DNA of 64,000 bases from Pocillopora damicornis (taxonomy: Eukaryota): contig NW_020843537.1 of NCBI RefSeq assembly GCF_003704095.1, forward strand, positions 62,001 to 126,000, given 5' to 3'. Numbering within the stretch: the stretch's first letter is position 1; every line of letters begins with the position of its first letter. The notes under the pieces are model-generated. The model saw only the letters and a list, made by a program, of their open reading frames with translations. It was not told where the DNA came from and did not search any database. Of the stretch, positions 37,467 through 48,935 are shown one piece after another. The translations under genes and the position numbers were made by a program.

Positions 37467-37534
37467 AAGCTGATAGACTACTAAGGAAAAAGGGTGTTTT
37501 GCCATGTAAATCTGCTGAGCATTGTTTGTACAAA

Positions 37535-39145
37535 ATGAGCAGTACATTGATAGAGGTGTTTGGCCATATCGTTTTCAGTTTTACACGAAACGTGACAGAG
37601 CATTATAACCCAACAGAACCTGATTTTACGGCAGAATCTTTTGGCTACGATCCTCTACAGAGCACAGGTCTGGAATGGAATTACCTTCCGGTTGATGAAC
37701 TTATTTATCAAGAACACGAGGACGATGAAGTCACAAGCCCGGATTATTTCGCGGCAAGCAGTCTTAACGTGAGAGTTCTAAACGCCTGTTTACCTGATGA
37801 AAAGCAAGAAATACAAGACGAACAGCAAAATAAAGATAGAGCCATGGCTTGGAAGAGACTCAGACCATCCGCCATCTGCACAGTTTGTAGGTCAATGTAC
37901 ATTGGGGCTTTGATTTCACCGCTGTCTGCTACCATCATAGGTTCACTTTATATGCTTATCTCCTACATCTCCTACCAAACTGAACTCAACTGCCAATTTC
38001 ACTCACACGATTCCATTCCACTGAAAATACAATGGATTCGAACATTGTCTCAAGTGATAGCGTGCGTTTTCCTTTACATGTGGTTCTTTATAGCTACGCT
38101 TTTCCTTTTCCGACCATACCAGTTAAAAGGGGTTAAGAGAAAATTAATCTTCGTTGTCTTTCTGATGTTTTGTTTGGATACACTTTATCGTGTACTCCTC
38201 CAAGCCTATGGAATATCTCATTCGAAGATATCAACATTAAAAAGGCTGCCACTTAACTTTCTATTTTTGATCAGTATATGTTGGCAAGTTTATATTCTAA
38301 CTAATCATTTCCGCATACTGTCCAGAGGGCGGCGCCCAAACTTATTTTTTAAAATACTGTTGCCAAGCTTAGTTACTTTCCTTCTTGGCATCCTCATAAC
38401 TTCGTTTATTTACCCCGTGTACAACAAGCAAAACGGGAGAGGAAAATTAGTAATTGCCCTCTTTTCGCCCCTCAGTGGGGTTATCTTCAAAGCGATCTCC
38501 CGAATTTGCGTTCAGCGGTTATGGAACATAACTCATCCGGGATATTCATATGTCCTATTGGTGTCTTGGTATTTTGGCTCGGCGATTATTTTCCGAGTTT
38601 TGCAAGCAGATTTAGACAGTTTGCAGTCCATTGCCATTCTTGGGATAGTCCACGGCTTTGCAGAAGTCATAGAACGCAGCACCATGGTTTTTATTGATCA
38701 CATTTTTCATGCTATTTGGAAAAAAAAATCAGTTCCTTGGGGAAACTTCCGCACTCCTCGCCGTGAGAGACTGATGGCTGATGTCGCCATCATAAGCATG
38801 TTATATGAATCAGCTGGTATAGTGTCTGTTAACGGTGGTTTGTACTTGTATCAACTCATTTACTTACGAAGCAGTTCACTTTTAAAGCTACTGCAGGAGT
38901 TTGCTTTTCGCACCTCAGTTCAGCTGGTCATTGAATGGTTTTTCACTAGCGTATCTCTCGCGATCGAGACTCACTATCAGAACATGGCTGTCATGGCTGT
39001 TTGGCGAAAAAGATGGAAAAGACACTTTTTGGTAGGGGTAGTAAATGCCGTGCCTTTAGCTTTGTGGACAAGCAATTATCTCATAGAGATTGTAAATGGG
39101 CGACTTAATGAGGCTGATCAGCCATGTAAAATGCCGTTTACCTGA
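37535..39145 (+). CDS. CKMPF family, complete intronless gene, 536 aa multi-pass membrane protein
   Basis: Intact ORF; ATG chosen by homology with other copies (MSSTLIEVFGH); ~10-11 hydrophobic segments. Confidence 0.92.
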   Translation: MSSTLIEVFGHIVFSFTRNVTEHYNPTEPDFTAESFGYDPLQSTGLEWNYLPVDELIYQEHEDDEVTSPDYFAASSLNVRVLNACLPDEKQEIQDEQQNKDRAMAWKRLRPSAICTVCRSMYIGALISPLSATIIGSLYMLISYISYQTELNCQFHSHDSIPLKIQWIRTLSQVIACVFLYMWFFIATLFLFRPYQLKGVKRKLIFVVFLMFCLDTLYRVLLQAYGISHSKISTLKRLPLNFLFLISICWQVYILTNHFRILSRGRRPNLFFKILLPSLVTFLLGILITSFIYPVYNKQNGRGKLVIALFSPLSGVIFKAISRICVQRLWNITHPGYSYVLLVSWYFGSAIIFRVLQADLDSLQSIAILGIVHGFAEVIERSTMVFIDHIFHAIWKKKSVPWGNFRTPRRERLMADVAIISMLYESAGIVSVNGGLYLYQLIYLRSSSLLKLLQEFAFRTSVQLVIEWFFTSVSLAIETHYQNMAVMAVWRKRWKRHFLVGVVNAVPLALWTSNYLIEIVNGRLNEADQPCKMPFT

Positions 39146-39399
39146 GCGTGGGGGGTAAATAAAGTTTACTTACTCCGGCTTCTTTCGGGAAAGGGTTTTC
39201 ACTTTGTGGTCTTGGAGTCTGTTAGTTTTTTTCCCTATGTAAAAAGCGCGGACGTATTTCCATTCAAGTTTTACCGACCTACATTTACCTACTCAAGTGA
39301 GAAAGGGTTCCACAGAGTGCCGAACGTGATTAATAAGGCAGTTCTTTGGTTTGCCATATAAAGCTTTGTAAATCACGATAGAAACAAGCGCCACGTAAA

Positions 39400-39683
39400 G
39401 AAAGTTTCCAACTGAGTGTCGAAAAACCAAAATCAAAGTAATCACAGTGACTAAACGTAACAAAGGTTTACAATATCATCAGCCAATGAGACCTCACAGT
39501 GAGAACAAGCCAACTGCTAGAACTGAGCGCGGGAAACGCGAATGACCAAGTCGCGACTGCTTTTAGTTTGCATCTGATTGGTAGAGAGAATGGCGCGAGG
39601 TTTTGTAGACAATCATAGAGCAAAGTAAGGATAAAGCAATAGCACCTTAGATTAATTTCGACACTTGATTGAAAATTGTTCTA
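39400..39683. mobile_element. MITE-like repeat
   Basis: Homologous to 32270-32552; imperfect TIR (..actgagtgtcgaaa / tttcgacacttgatt..). Confidence 0.65.
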
Positions 39684-41479
39684 AATGCAACCAATAAAAC
39701 GCAGCTTTCTGGCTAGTTATTACGTGATCACTTACATTCTGCCGCACTAAACGCCTCTTATCATTTTGTTTTAACACTGAATTCTCATTGCGAGCTTTTT
39801 AATATTCAGACTTTCGCTAAGATTGTAGCTATTTTCATTTGTTGAGATTTAACAGCATTTCATCAAAATATTCATCAAAAATTGATTTCAGAATAAACTG
39901 ATAGAAATTAGAATCACAAATTGATTTCAGAATAAACTGTGTAGTTGATAAAAGTTAGAAACGAGTGAATGATTTTTATTTATCATAACAGAGAATCAGA
40001 AGAAATAAATAAACTTGGGTTTGACATGATATAACTGACCTCTGGAACTGCAGAAAAGGCAAAAATTGTCCAACAAAAAATTATGAAAATGAAATGCTGG
40101 GTTAAAAGAAAATCAAAGAGGAATTAAATATGAGAAAACGCATAGCGAAATTGCTTGTTATGGTACCAATTTTCGGATGCATATCAGTTCCGATTCTGTT
40201 TATGTCATCTCCAATTCTTCTGGATACGTGGGATCCAAACCTGTAGGTAAAATATCTCATTGAAAGTAGGACACATGTGGGGAGTTAGCTACTTCACCTA
40301 TCACAAAAAGATGAACTCATGGTTCTGTACTAACTGGAGCGAAGGATACACAATCGATGAGCTCATCTCAGTGAGGGTCATTTTTCGCAAGAAATATGGA
40401 ATCCAGTCGCTCGTCAACGACTTCTATCTATTTACAATATCACAATCTCATCGTCAATTCACATTCCGCCAGAGATAATGCGGTTAATTTACAGCCTAAG
40501 CTTGGAGAACCGTGAACGCTGTTCAGGTGGTAACTATGCGTAACAAAACAGAAAAAATAAATGTGTATGGATCTAACAAAACACATTTCAATTCATTTTG
40601 AAAACTGGCAAGGGAAAATTGAAACAACTACATACGTGTACAATCAAATTTATCGAAAAATTCTGAGCAAGGCAAGTTTTCAACGAAAATTCCTCAAGAA
40701 CTAGTACCTGAATTCTATCTGAATATCAATTGAGACCCACAGAAAAGCGCCGAAATCCTTCTTGAGAGTTCAACTTAATTTACTCAGATGAGGATCGAAA
40801 GTGTTCTACTTATAAAATACTCATACGTTTAGACTGAAAGACTGAAAGGAACGGCTGAGAGACGGCTGAGTGACGCACTTCCTAATGACGTGATACGCAA
40901 TTTGCAGGACCAGATTTAGAGAGCTGTACACGTTGGAGCTGAAGTGATACTATATAAGGATAAGATATCAGATTTACAGGGAAAGCCTGAAGGATGTACA
41001 AGAAGAATGAAAGATAATAAACATATGAATGAAAGACTGACACGGAATGATGATTTCTTCCCCGAGGTCAATAGCAGTAAACTGATCGAGGAGTTCAATT
41101 AAATGAAGTACACCCAAGGATCTTATTTCATTCGCATTTATGGTTTCGATCCTCTACACGGCAAAGCTCGATCCACCTTATGTTGAGAAACCTCAAGATA
41201 AAAAAGCTACAGCCACTTCATTTCATATCGATTTGTGCGACTCAAAGCGTGACTGAGCCGTGAAGATTTAGAACTGGTCTTCCTTCACTGAATTTGTTCG
41301 GGCACTACAAAAGATTACAGAGCCGCTAGGCAAGAAAATCAGAAACAATATCTCATTTTCGAAATTAGCAACAGTTGAGGCAACACATTTGGCGGCTCAA
41401 GGCATACATTACTCCAAACGGCTGTGAAAGAGGAAACGAATATCTCTTAGAAATTCGTCCGTGTAACTTCACCAAGAAA

Positions 41480-43060
41480 ATGCGTATCATAGAAATACTA
41501 AGTCACATCATGTACAGTTTTACACGAAGTGTGGCAGACCATTACAGCCCAGAAGATTCAGAATTTACGGCAGAATCTTCTGACTACGTTCCTCTACAAA
41601 GCACAGGTCTAGAATGGAACCATCAACCGGTTGATGAGCTTATTTATCAAGAATACAGCCACTCTGATAACGGTTTTACTATAAGGGTGCTGGACGCTTG
41701 TTCACCAGAGAAGAACGAAGAAATTCCAGAAGATCAGCAAGATGAAGACAGAGCGATGGCTTGGAAGCGACTTAGACCATCTTCACTTCGCACAGTTCGT
41801 AAATCAATGTACTTCGGTGCACTGATTTCAATACTGACGGCTATGGTCATAGGCTCGTTGTATTGTTTGATCAGTTACGTATCTTTTCAAACCATGTTTA
41901 ACTGCCAATTTCACCAAAAGAAGTCCATCCCCGTGAAAATTCAATGGATGAGAACATTATCTGATGCTGCAAGCTGTGGTTTTATTTACATGTGGTTCCT
42001 TGTGAATATCTTTTTTCTTTTTTTACCGCATCAGCTTCAAGGGCTGAGGAGGAAACTTATTTTCGGTACTTTTATGCTATATTGTTTGGACGCACTTTAT
42101 CGTGTAATCCTTCAGAGCTCGGGAATATCCCATTCTAGGCTAACCAAAATACAAATGATTCCACTCATCGTTTTATTTCTTGTTAGCTTATGTTGGCAAG
42201 GTTATCAATTATGGAATCGCTTCCAAGTATTGTCACGAGGACGTATCTTTTTTTTTGTGCAAATTGCAGCACCGGGCTTCTTTACTTTTCTCATTGGTAT
42301 CGTCACGGTGTATTTCACTTACCCAATGTACAACGAAGAAAATGAAAACAGAAAACTTCTTATTGCAATCTTTGCTCCCCTCTCTGGACTCCTTCTCAAA
42401 GTCATCGTGCGAATTTGCATTCAATCCTCATGGAACATCACACATCCGGGATATACCTACATCTTGTTCGTGCCTCTTTATTTCGGCTCAGCGATTTTGT
42501 TTCGAGTAATGCAGGCAGAACTTGAAAACATCAGCGCAATCACTATTCTGGGAATAATCCACGGGGCTGCAGAAGTTCTAGAACGAAGCACCATGGTTGT
42601 CATCGATCACATATGTCATGTTGTTTTGAAAAGAAGAGCAGTATCTTGGGGAAGTTTTCGTACTCCTCGCCGTGAGAGACTAATGGCTGATATCGCTATC
42701 ATTAGTATGCTGTATGAATCAACTGCTATAGTGTCTGTTAACGGTGTTCTGTACTTGCACAAATTTATTTACTTAAAGGAAAACTCTCTTTCAACGTTAT
42801 TCCAGAGGTTTTTGGTGGCGAGCTCAGTCCAGCTAGTGATTGAGTGGTTTTTCAACAGCATCTCTCTGGCAATTGAGACTTATCATCAGAACATAGCTGT
42901 CATGGCTGTTTGGCAACGAAAATGGAAAAGACACGTTTTGGTGGCGGTGATCAACGTGATCCCTTTAGCATTATGTTCTACACTACCAATTATTCAATTT
43001 ATGCACGGGCAGCTTGCTAAGTCCCGAACTGACCAGCCATGCAAAATGCCATTTTCTTAG
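41480..43060 (+). CDS. CKMPF family, complete intronless gene, 526 aa
   Basis: Intact ORF MRIIEILSHIMYSFTR...DQPCKMPFS-TAG. Confidence 0.92.
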   Translation: MRIIEILSHIMYSFTRSVADHYSPEDSEFTAESSDYVPLQSTGLEWNHQPVDELIYQEYSHSDNGFTIRVLDACSPEKNEEIPEDQQDEDRAMAWKRLRPSSLRTVRKSMYFGALISILTAMVIGSLYCLISYVSFQTMFNCQFHQKKSIPVKIQWMRTLSDAASCGFIYMWFLVNIFFLFLPHQLQGLRRKLIFGTFMLYCLDALYRVILQSSGISHSRLTKIQMIPLIVLFLVSLCWQGYQLWNRFQVLSRGRIFFFVQIAAPGFFTFLIGIVTVYFTYPMYNEENENRKLLIAIFAPLSGLLLKVIVRICIQSSWNITHPGYTYILFVPLYFGSAILFRVMQAELENISAITILGIIHGAAEVLERSTMVVIDHICHVVLKRRAVSWGSFRTPRRERLMADIAIISMLYESTAIVSVNGVLYLHKFIYLKENSLSTLFQRFLVASSVQLVIEWFFNSISLAIETYHQNIAVMAVWQRKWKRHVLVAVINVIPLALCSTLPIIQFMHGQLAKSRTDQPCKMPFS

Positions 43061-43741
43061 AGTGACAGTGAGCCCAGGGTCCCCTCCGATGCTTGGACGC
43101 TCGGTTATACGATCAAGGAAATACTATATAGGGAAATTAGCAACAGTTATATATAGGGAAAATACTATATAGGTAAAACTGGCTTCGGAAATTTGTGCTT
43201 GGTTTGCGGATCTATAACAATTTGTTGCAGCATGTTCAAGCTTTGCGTCAGTAGCAAAGTCAAAAATTGATAAAACTCACCCGAAAATTCAGCTCAAATG
43301 ATTTATTTCTGTCTCAGTCATTGGAGATGATACGTTCTCGTCGTCATTTGAAATCAGGTTCAACTTAGGGCGGGGACAAAGCGGCCAACCCGGTTGAACA
43401 AAATAAGCCTACCTTTCCTGCTCGGGCAACCGATTGAAAAACCTGACAGTTTATTTCAAATAGTCTTATACTGGTCAAATTACTATATAGACTTTAAACC
43501 TTAGACAACTATTTAGAGCTCTAGAAGTTTCGGTTTCAGCTTCAATTTATAACCACTGCTAAAGTGAAACCACAATTTCAGATTTACCCACAGGAGGAGC
43601 TTAAACGATCGTTCTAGACAGGTGAAAGAGAGACATGTAGTCTCATAGCTTAAAGAATAAATTAGTCTGAACGAGTGGGAAGACAGATGTGTCGCTTTAA
43701 TAACCTCTTGGAAAGCTTCTATGTAACTTTTTCATCGCAAG

Positions 43742-45351
43742 ATGAATAGCAGCACACTGATAGAGCTCTTTGGTCAGCTCATATTCAGTTTTACGCGAGG
43801 CGTGGCAGAGAATTACAATCCAGACGAACCAGAATTTACAACGGAGTCTTTGGGCTATGATCCTTTAGAATGTACCGGTCGGGAGTGGAATTACCTACCT
43901 GTTGACGAGCTTATTTATCAGGAATACAGCGACATGGAAGGCTCGAATTTGAACTATATGGCGGCGAACAGTCTTAGAATACGGGTTATAAATGCATGCT
44001 CACCAGAAGAAAACGAAGTTGTATATGACGAACAATATGGAGAAGACAGAGCAATGGCTTGGAAACGGCTTAGACCGTCAGCACTCCGCACAGTTGGTAA
44101 ATGTACGTTGGAGCTTTGATCTCAATTTTAACGGCTTCCATGATAGGTTCCTTGTACATGCTGATAACTTATCTCATTTACAAATTTGGAATCGTCTGCG
44201 AATTTCAGAAGTCCATTCCAATACAAGTACAGTGGCTCCGGACAGGTTCGGTGATCATCACCTGTGCCTTTGCTTACATGTGGTACTTCGCTAATATACT
44301 TAGTCTATTTCGCCCTCACCAGTTAAATGGGGTAAAACGAAAACTAATCCTAGTTTGTGTCATTGTCTTTTGTTTGGATGCAATTTACTGTATAATTTTA
44401 CAAGTCTTTGGAATATCTCACTCACCGTTTTCTACGCTACAAAAGACCCCTCTCGACGCATCGTTTTTCGTAAGTGTATGTTGGCAGACCTATTTCTTAA
44501 CAAACCATTTGCTGATACGAAAATCCAGAAAACAACGGGGTATTATTTTCATGCAAATGATTCTGCCCACCCTATCTACTTTTATTCTCAGTGCGACGAT
44601 GATATTTCTCGTTTTTCCAGCGTACAATGAACAAAACAAGGAAGGAAAACTTTCAATCGCTTTATTTGCTCCCCTCATTGGTGTTGTACTCAAAGTCATC
44701 TCGCGAATCTTTGCCCAGCGGTTATGCAACATTACACATCCAGGATATTCGTATGTCTTACTTGCGCCGTTACATTTTGCATCAGCGATTGCGTTTAGAA
44801 TCTTACAGGCGGACCTCAGTAGTGTGCAGTCCATGGCTATTCTTGGTGTAATTCACGGCGTTGCAGAGGTCATAGAACGAAGCACCATAGTCTTCTTTGA
44901 CCATGTTTGTCATGTTATATGGAAAAGAAAGACAGCACCCTGGGGAAGTTTTCGCACTCCCCGCCGTGAGAGATTAATGGCTGATATAAATATCATGGGC
45001 ATGTTGTACGAATCAACTGCTGTTGTCTCTGTTAATGGATTTTTACACCTATATCAATTAGTTTTCTTAAGAAATTATTTCATCTTAGAGCTGCTTAAAT
45101 CATTTGCTATCCGGACCTCTATACCCCTGATAACTGAATGGTTTTTCACAAGCGTTTCTTTAGCGATCGAAACTCGATATCAGAATATGGCTGTCATGGC
45201 TGTTTGGCGAAGAAGATGGAAAAAACATATCTTAGTAGCAGTGATAAATGCAGTGCCTTTAGCTCTTGCAACAAGTTCGAACTTAATAGACGTTGTTCAT
45301 GGACGTTTTAATGAATCTAGTCAGGTTTGTAAAATGCCATTCGCCAGCTGA
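43742..45351 (+). pseudogene. CKMPF family, full length with a single 4-nt frameshift at ~44100
   Basis: gtaaatgtac versus gtaaatcaatgtac in copy 41480; both halves otherwise open. Confidence 0.85.
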
Positions 45352-46261
45352 ACTGCCAAACACTCCACCTCTACCTTTATTGGATTATAATGATGAAGTA
45401 ACCGAGAAACTAGGAGAGAGCGAAAGTTTTTTCTTTATACTATCGTGTGCTTAACATGGATTTTTCCCAAGGTGTGCACAGTGTAAAAATTTTCTCTCCC
45501 AGGTATCTAGAGGACAGAATGAGCCGAGGCAAGAAACACATGACCACACCATACCATGACAATCGTATAACTTGAAACAGTAAGCGCGCAGTTACACGAC
45601 ATATCCAGACTTTGCTTTTTTTGACTATATGTTACAATTTCTTTGGGTTTTTTTTTTTCTCTATTTTTGTTTGGAATTTATTTTTGTAAGCATCTTTACC
45701 TTCCTACACCATCCTCGTCACCTTTTGATTAATTTACACCTCATACTATTTACTTTAATTCTCGAGCAAAATGTTATCGTAAAGTTCTCTTTCTTTAAAG
45801 GCAATTCCCTTGGACTCAAAACAACGTAATATTTTCTTACAAGACAGCATTTTTGCCGTATACTTAGAGGTGAATGGTCGAAATTTTTCAGGGACGGTCT
45901 TTTGTTCAAGGTAGACTATAGTCTCAGTTCTGCTCTCACTGAAATTTTGAAATTCGCATTAGTTTTATCTATGTATAATTTTTCAGTTTAAACCCTTCAA
46001 ACGGTTTTCGTTTGGCTTTGGCTGTTTGTACTCTCTCGGATCTTTTAGCTATTTAAGTAATCAGTTGAGTTTTCCTGTATTTGAGGATGGAACTAAACGA
46101 ATTCTCTAAAGAAATGTTATTTAACTCCAGTGGTTCATTCATTGACGTAAAGTGAGTCACTNNNNNNNNNNNNNNNNNNNNNNNNNNNNNNNNNNNNNNN
46201 NNNNNNNNNNNNNNNNNNNNNNNNNNNNNNNNNNNNNNNNNNNNNNNNNNNNNNNNNNNNN

Positions 46262-47761
46262 TACCTTCCTCTACAAAGAACAGGTCTAGAGTGGGACTAT
46301 CAACCTGTTGATGAGTTTATTTATCAGGAATATAGCGACAGGGAAGTCAGAACCTCTGACCCTCTCACAGTCAGCCGCCATCAAGTATTGGTTATAAATG
46401 CATGTTCACCAGACGAAATCGAAGAAAAACAAGAAAGTGGACAAGATGAGGACAGCGCAATGTCTTGGAAGCAACTCAGACCATCTGCTCTTTGCACAGT
46501 TTTGAAATCAATGTACACTGGAGCTTCGATTTCTCTGCTAACAGCGGCCATCATCGGCTTGCTTTACATGTCAATCTCCTATCTTTGTTACAAAACCGCC
46601 CACAACTGTGAATTTTATCCCCACAAAATTCCAGTCTCAGTGCAGTGGGTGAGAACATTATCTACACTAATTTCATTTGCTTTTCTTTACATGTGGAACT
46701 TTGCGAGGATGTTCTTTCTCTTTCGGCCATATCAGTTACTAGGAGTGAAAGGAAAACTTGTTCTGGTTTCCATTCTTGTTTACTTTTTAGACGCACTCTA
46801 TCGCGTGGCTCTACAAGCTTTAGGAATATCTAATTCCAGACTCTCCGTATTCCTAACGATTCCACTGAACACTTTGTTTCTTATCAGCATATGCTTGCAA
46901 GTTTACTTCTTAACAAAGCACTTCTGCTTCCGATCAAGGAGACTTAGAGTGAGTCTGTTTTTACAGATGATAATGCCTGGCTGTTTCTGTTTCGTATTCG
47001 CTATTGTCATAGCTGCTTTCATTTACCCACTGTTCAACGAATAAAACGAAGACGAAAAACTATTGATAGCTGTCTTCACACCTCTCACTGGGGTCGCACT
47101 GAAGGTCATTTCGCGAATTCATGTACAACGATCATGGAACATTACACATCCAGGATATTACTATGTATTGCTGTCGCCGCTGTACCTTGGCACAGCCGTC
47201 ATGCTTCGAGTTTTGCAAGCTGATCTTAAGAGCTTACAATCCATGGCCATCCTTGGAATAATTCACGGTGCAGCAGAAGTCATAGAACGAAGTACCATGG
47301 TTGTCATCGATCACGTTTGTCATGTTATTTTGAAAAGAAAATTAGCTCCTTGGGGAAGTTTTCGCACGCCTCGCCAAGAGAGATTGATGGCTGATCTTAG
47401 CATCACGAGCATGTTGTATGAATCAACTGCTATAGTGTCTGTTAACGGATTTTTGTACTTGTACAAATTTGTCTATTTAGAAAATGTGTCTGTTTTAGAA
47501 TTGCTGCAGTCTTTTACCGTTCGGACTTTAGTTCAGCTGGTGATTGAGTGGTTTTTCACCAGCGTATCTCTTGCGATTGTGACTCATTATCAGAACATGG
47601 CTGTCATGGCTGTTTGGCGAAAAAGATGGAAAAGACACACCCTGGTGGCTATAGTAAATGCAGTTCCTTTGGCTATGTGGACCAGCACAAATCTTTTAAT
47701 CACTGTGCACGGACGTTTTCAAGAGTCCTCATATCAACCGTGCAAAATGCCGTTTATTTAG
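46262..47761 (+). pseudogene. CKMPF family, near full length with a single in-frame TAA (47042-47044); start in gap
   Basis: NE*NEDEKLLIA versus NEQNKEG/NEENENRK in paralogs; same frame on both sides. Confidence 0.85.
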
Positions 47762-48935
47762 CCGGGCGTGATCAAAGCATTCGTTCTCTGGGCGACCAAG
47801 TAAAACATTTTGACTCAGTCTACGCCTCTACTTCCGCGCAGACTCAGAGGAATGAGCGCGAAGTGCCAGCAGCTGGTGATGAGCGCGAAGCACGGAGGAC
47901 TACGCATTTCCTTACTCCTTTGTGCGCCCACGGGGTTTTCAGCTGAGAGAAGTCTGAGCACGAGGCAGATCATGTTCTGACTTCTGTAGCAAAGAAGTTA
48001 GGGAAGGAATCAAATACATTTCATGATATTTTAATTCATCTGTGAGCTCTAAGATTCAATTTATTGTCCTCTATGGAATAAATTACGGTCACATAGCAAA
48101 AAAAGTTAAGAAACATCGAAGGATCAACAAAAACCGATTAATTAACATCCTTGCAGAATTAATTTCCCTTTGTTTGAAAGATATACTTTGAAATTAAAAG
48201 ATTAACCTTTGAGATAGAGAAATTTCGCCAATTGATACGACCGTTGCAGTTGTTAAAACCGGCGTATCAAAAGAGGCAGAAATATGTAATTTTTCATAGT
48301 CTTCCCAGTGGCAGTTTGGGAAGCTTCAATCGTAGCCGATTGGAACAAATTACAACGTGATGTAGCTTAGAGGGTATTTCGTTTTAATACTGGGATTTTC
48401 AGATAATGAGCATACAATCATAAGTTAATATATTTTGAACATTTATACACCTGACTTCCTGTCTGAGTTCCTTAATTTTCCCTGATCTCTCTCGCTAATA
48501 AGAGGCAAACATGATAGAATCTATTTGTACCTTGTGGCCATTGAAAAAAAATCACACTGTGTCTATCTGGCGAGTGCCACCAGTTATATGCTTACAGAAA
48601 ATTTCTTGAGACTTTGAGTGTGTTGTTTGTCTGTTTGTTTATCTTGTTTGCTCATTTAAAGCATTTCAAAATTTTCCTCATTTTAGTTTAAAACACGTTA
48701 AACTTCAAGTAGCTCCACTCTTTTGAAGTATATATGGCTGTGTTTGCTGGCAATATATGTATATCATTTTTTGTACCCATTAAATGTTGTCCCTAAGGGA
48801 TTAAAGGTTGGTTCATTTTCTGTTTATTTACTTGCTCTCTATCAAAAATAAATTCTTCCCACCAATACATGTTAATCCACATTGTCTCAATCCATTTTTT
48901 CATAGTTCTATAGTGGAGTGTACAGATTCATTTGT

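Noticed and set aside
37535-39145. Calling the family GPCRs, gustatory-receptor-like channels or MFS transporters
   Set aside because: Too many hydrophobic segments for 7TM families, and none of the diagnostic motifs is visible
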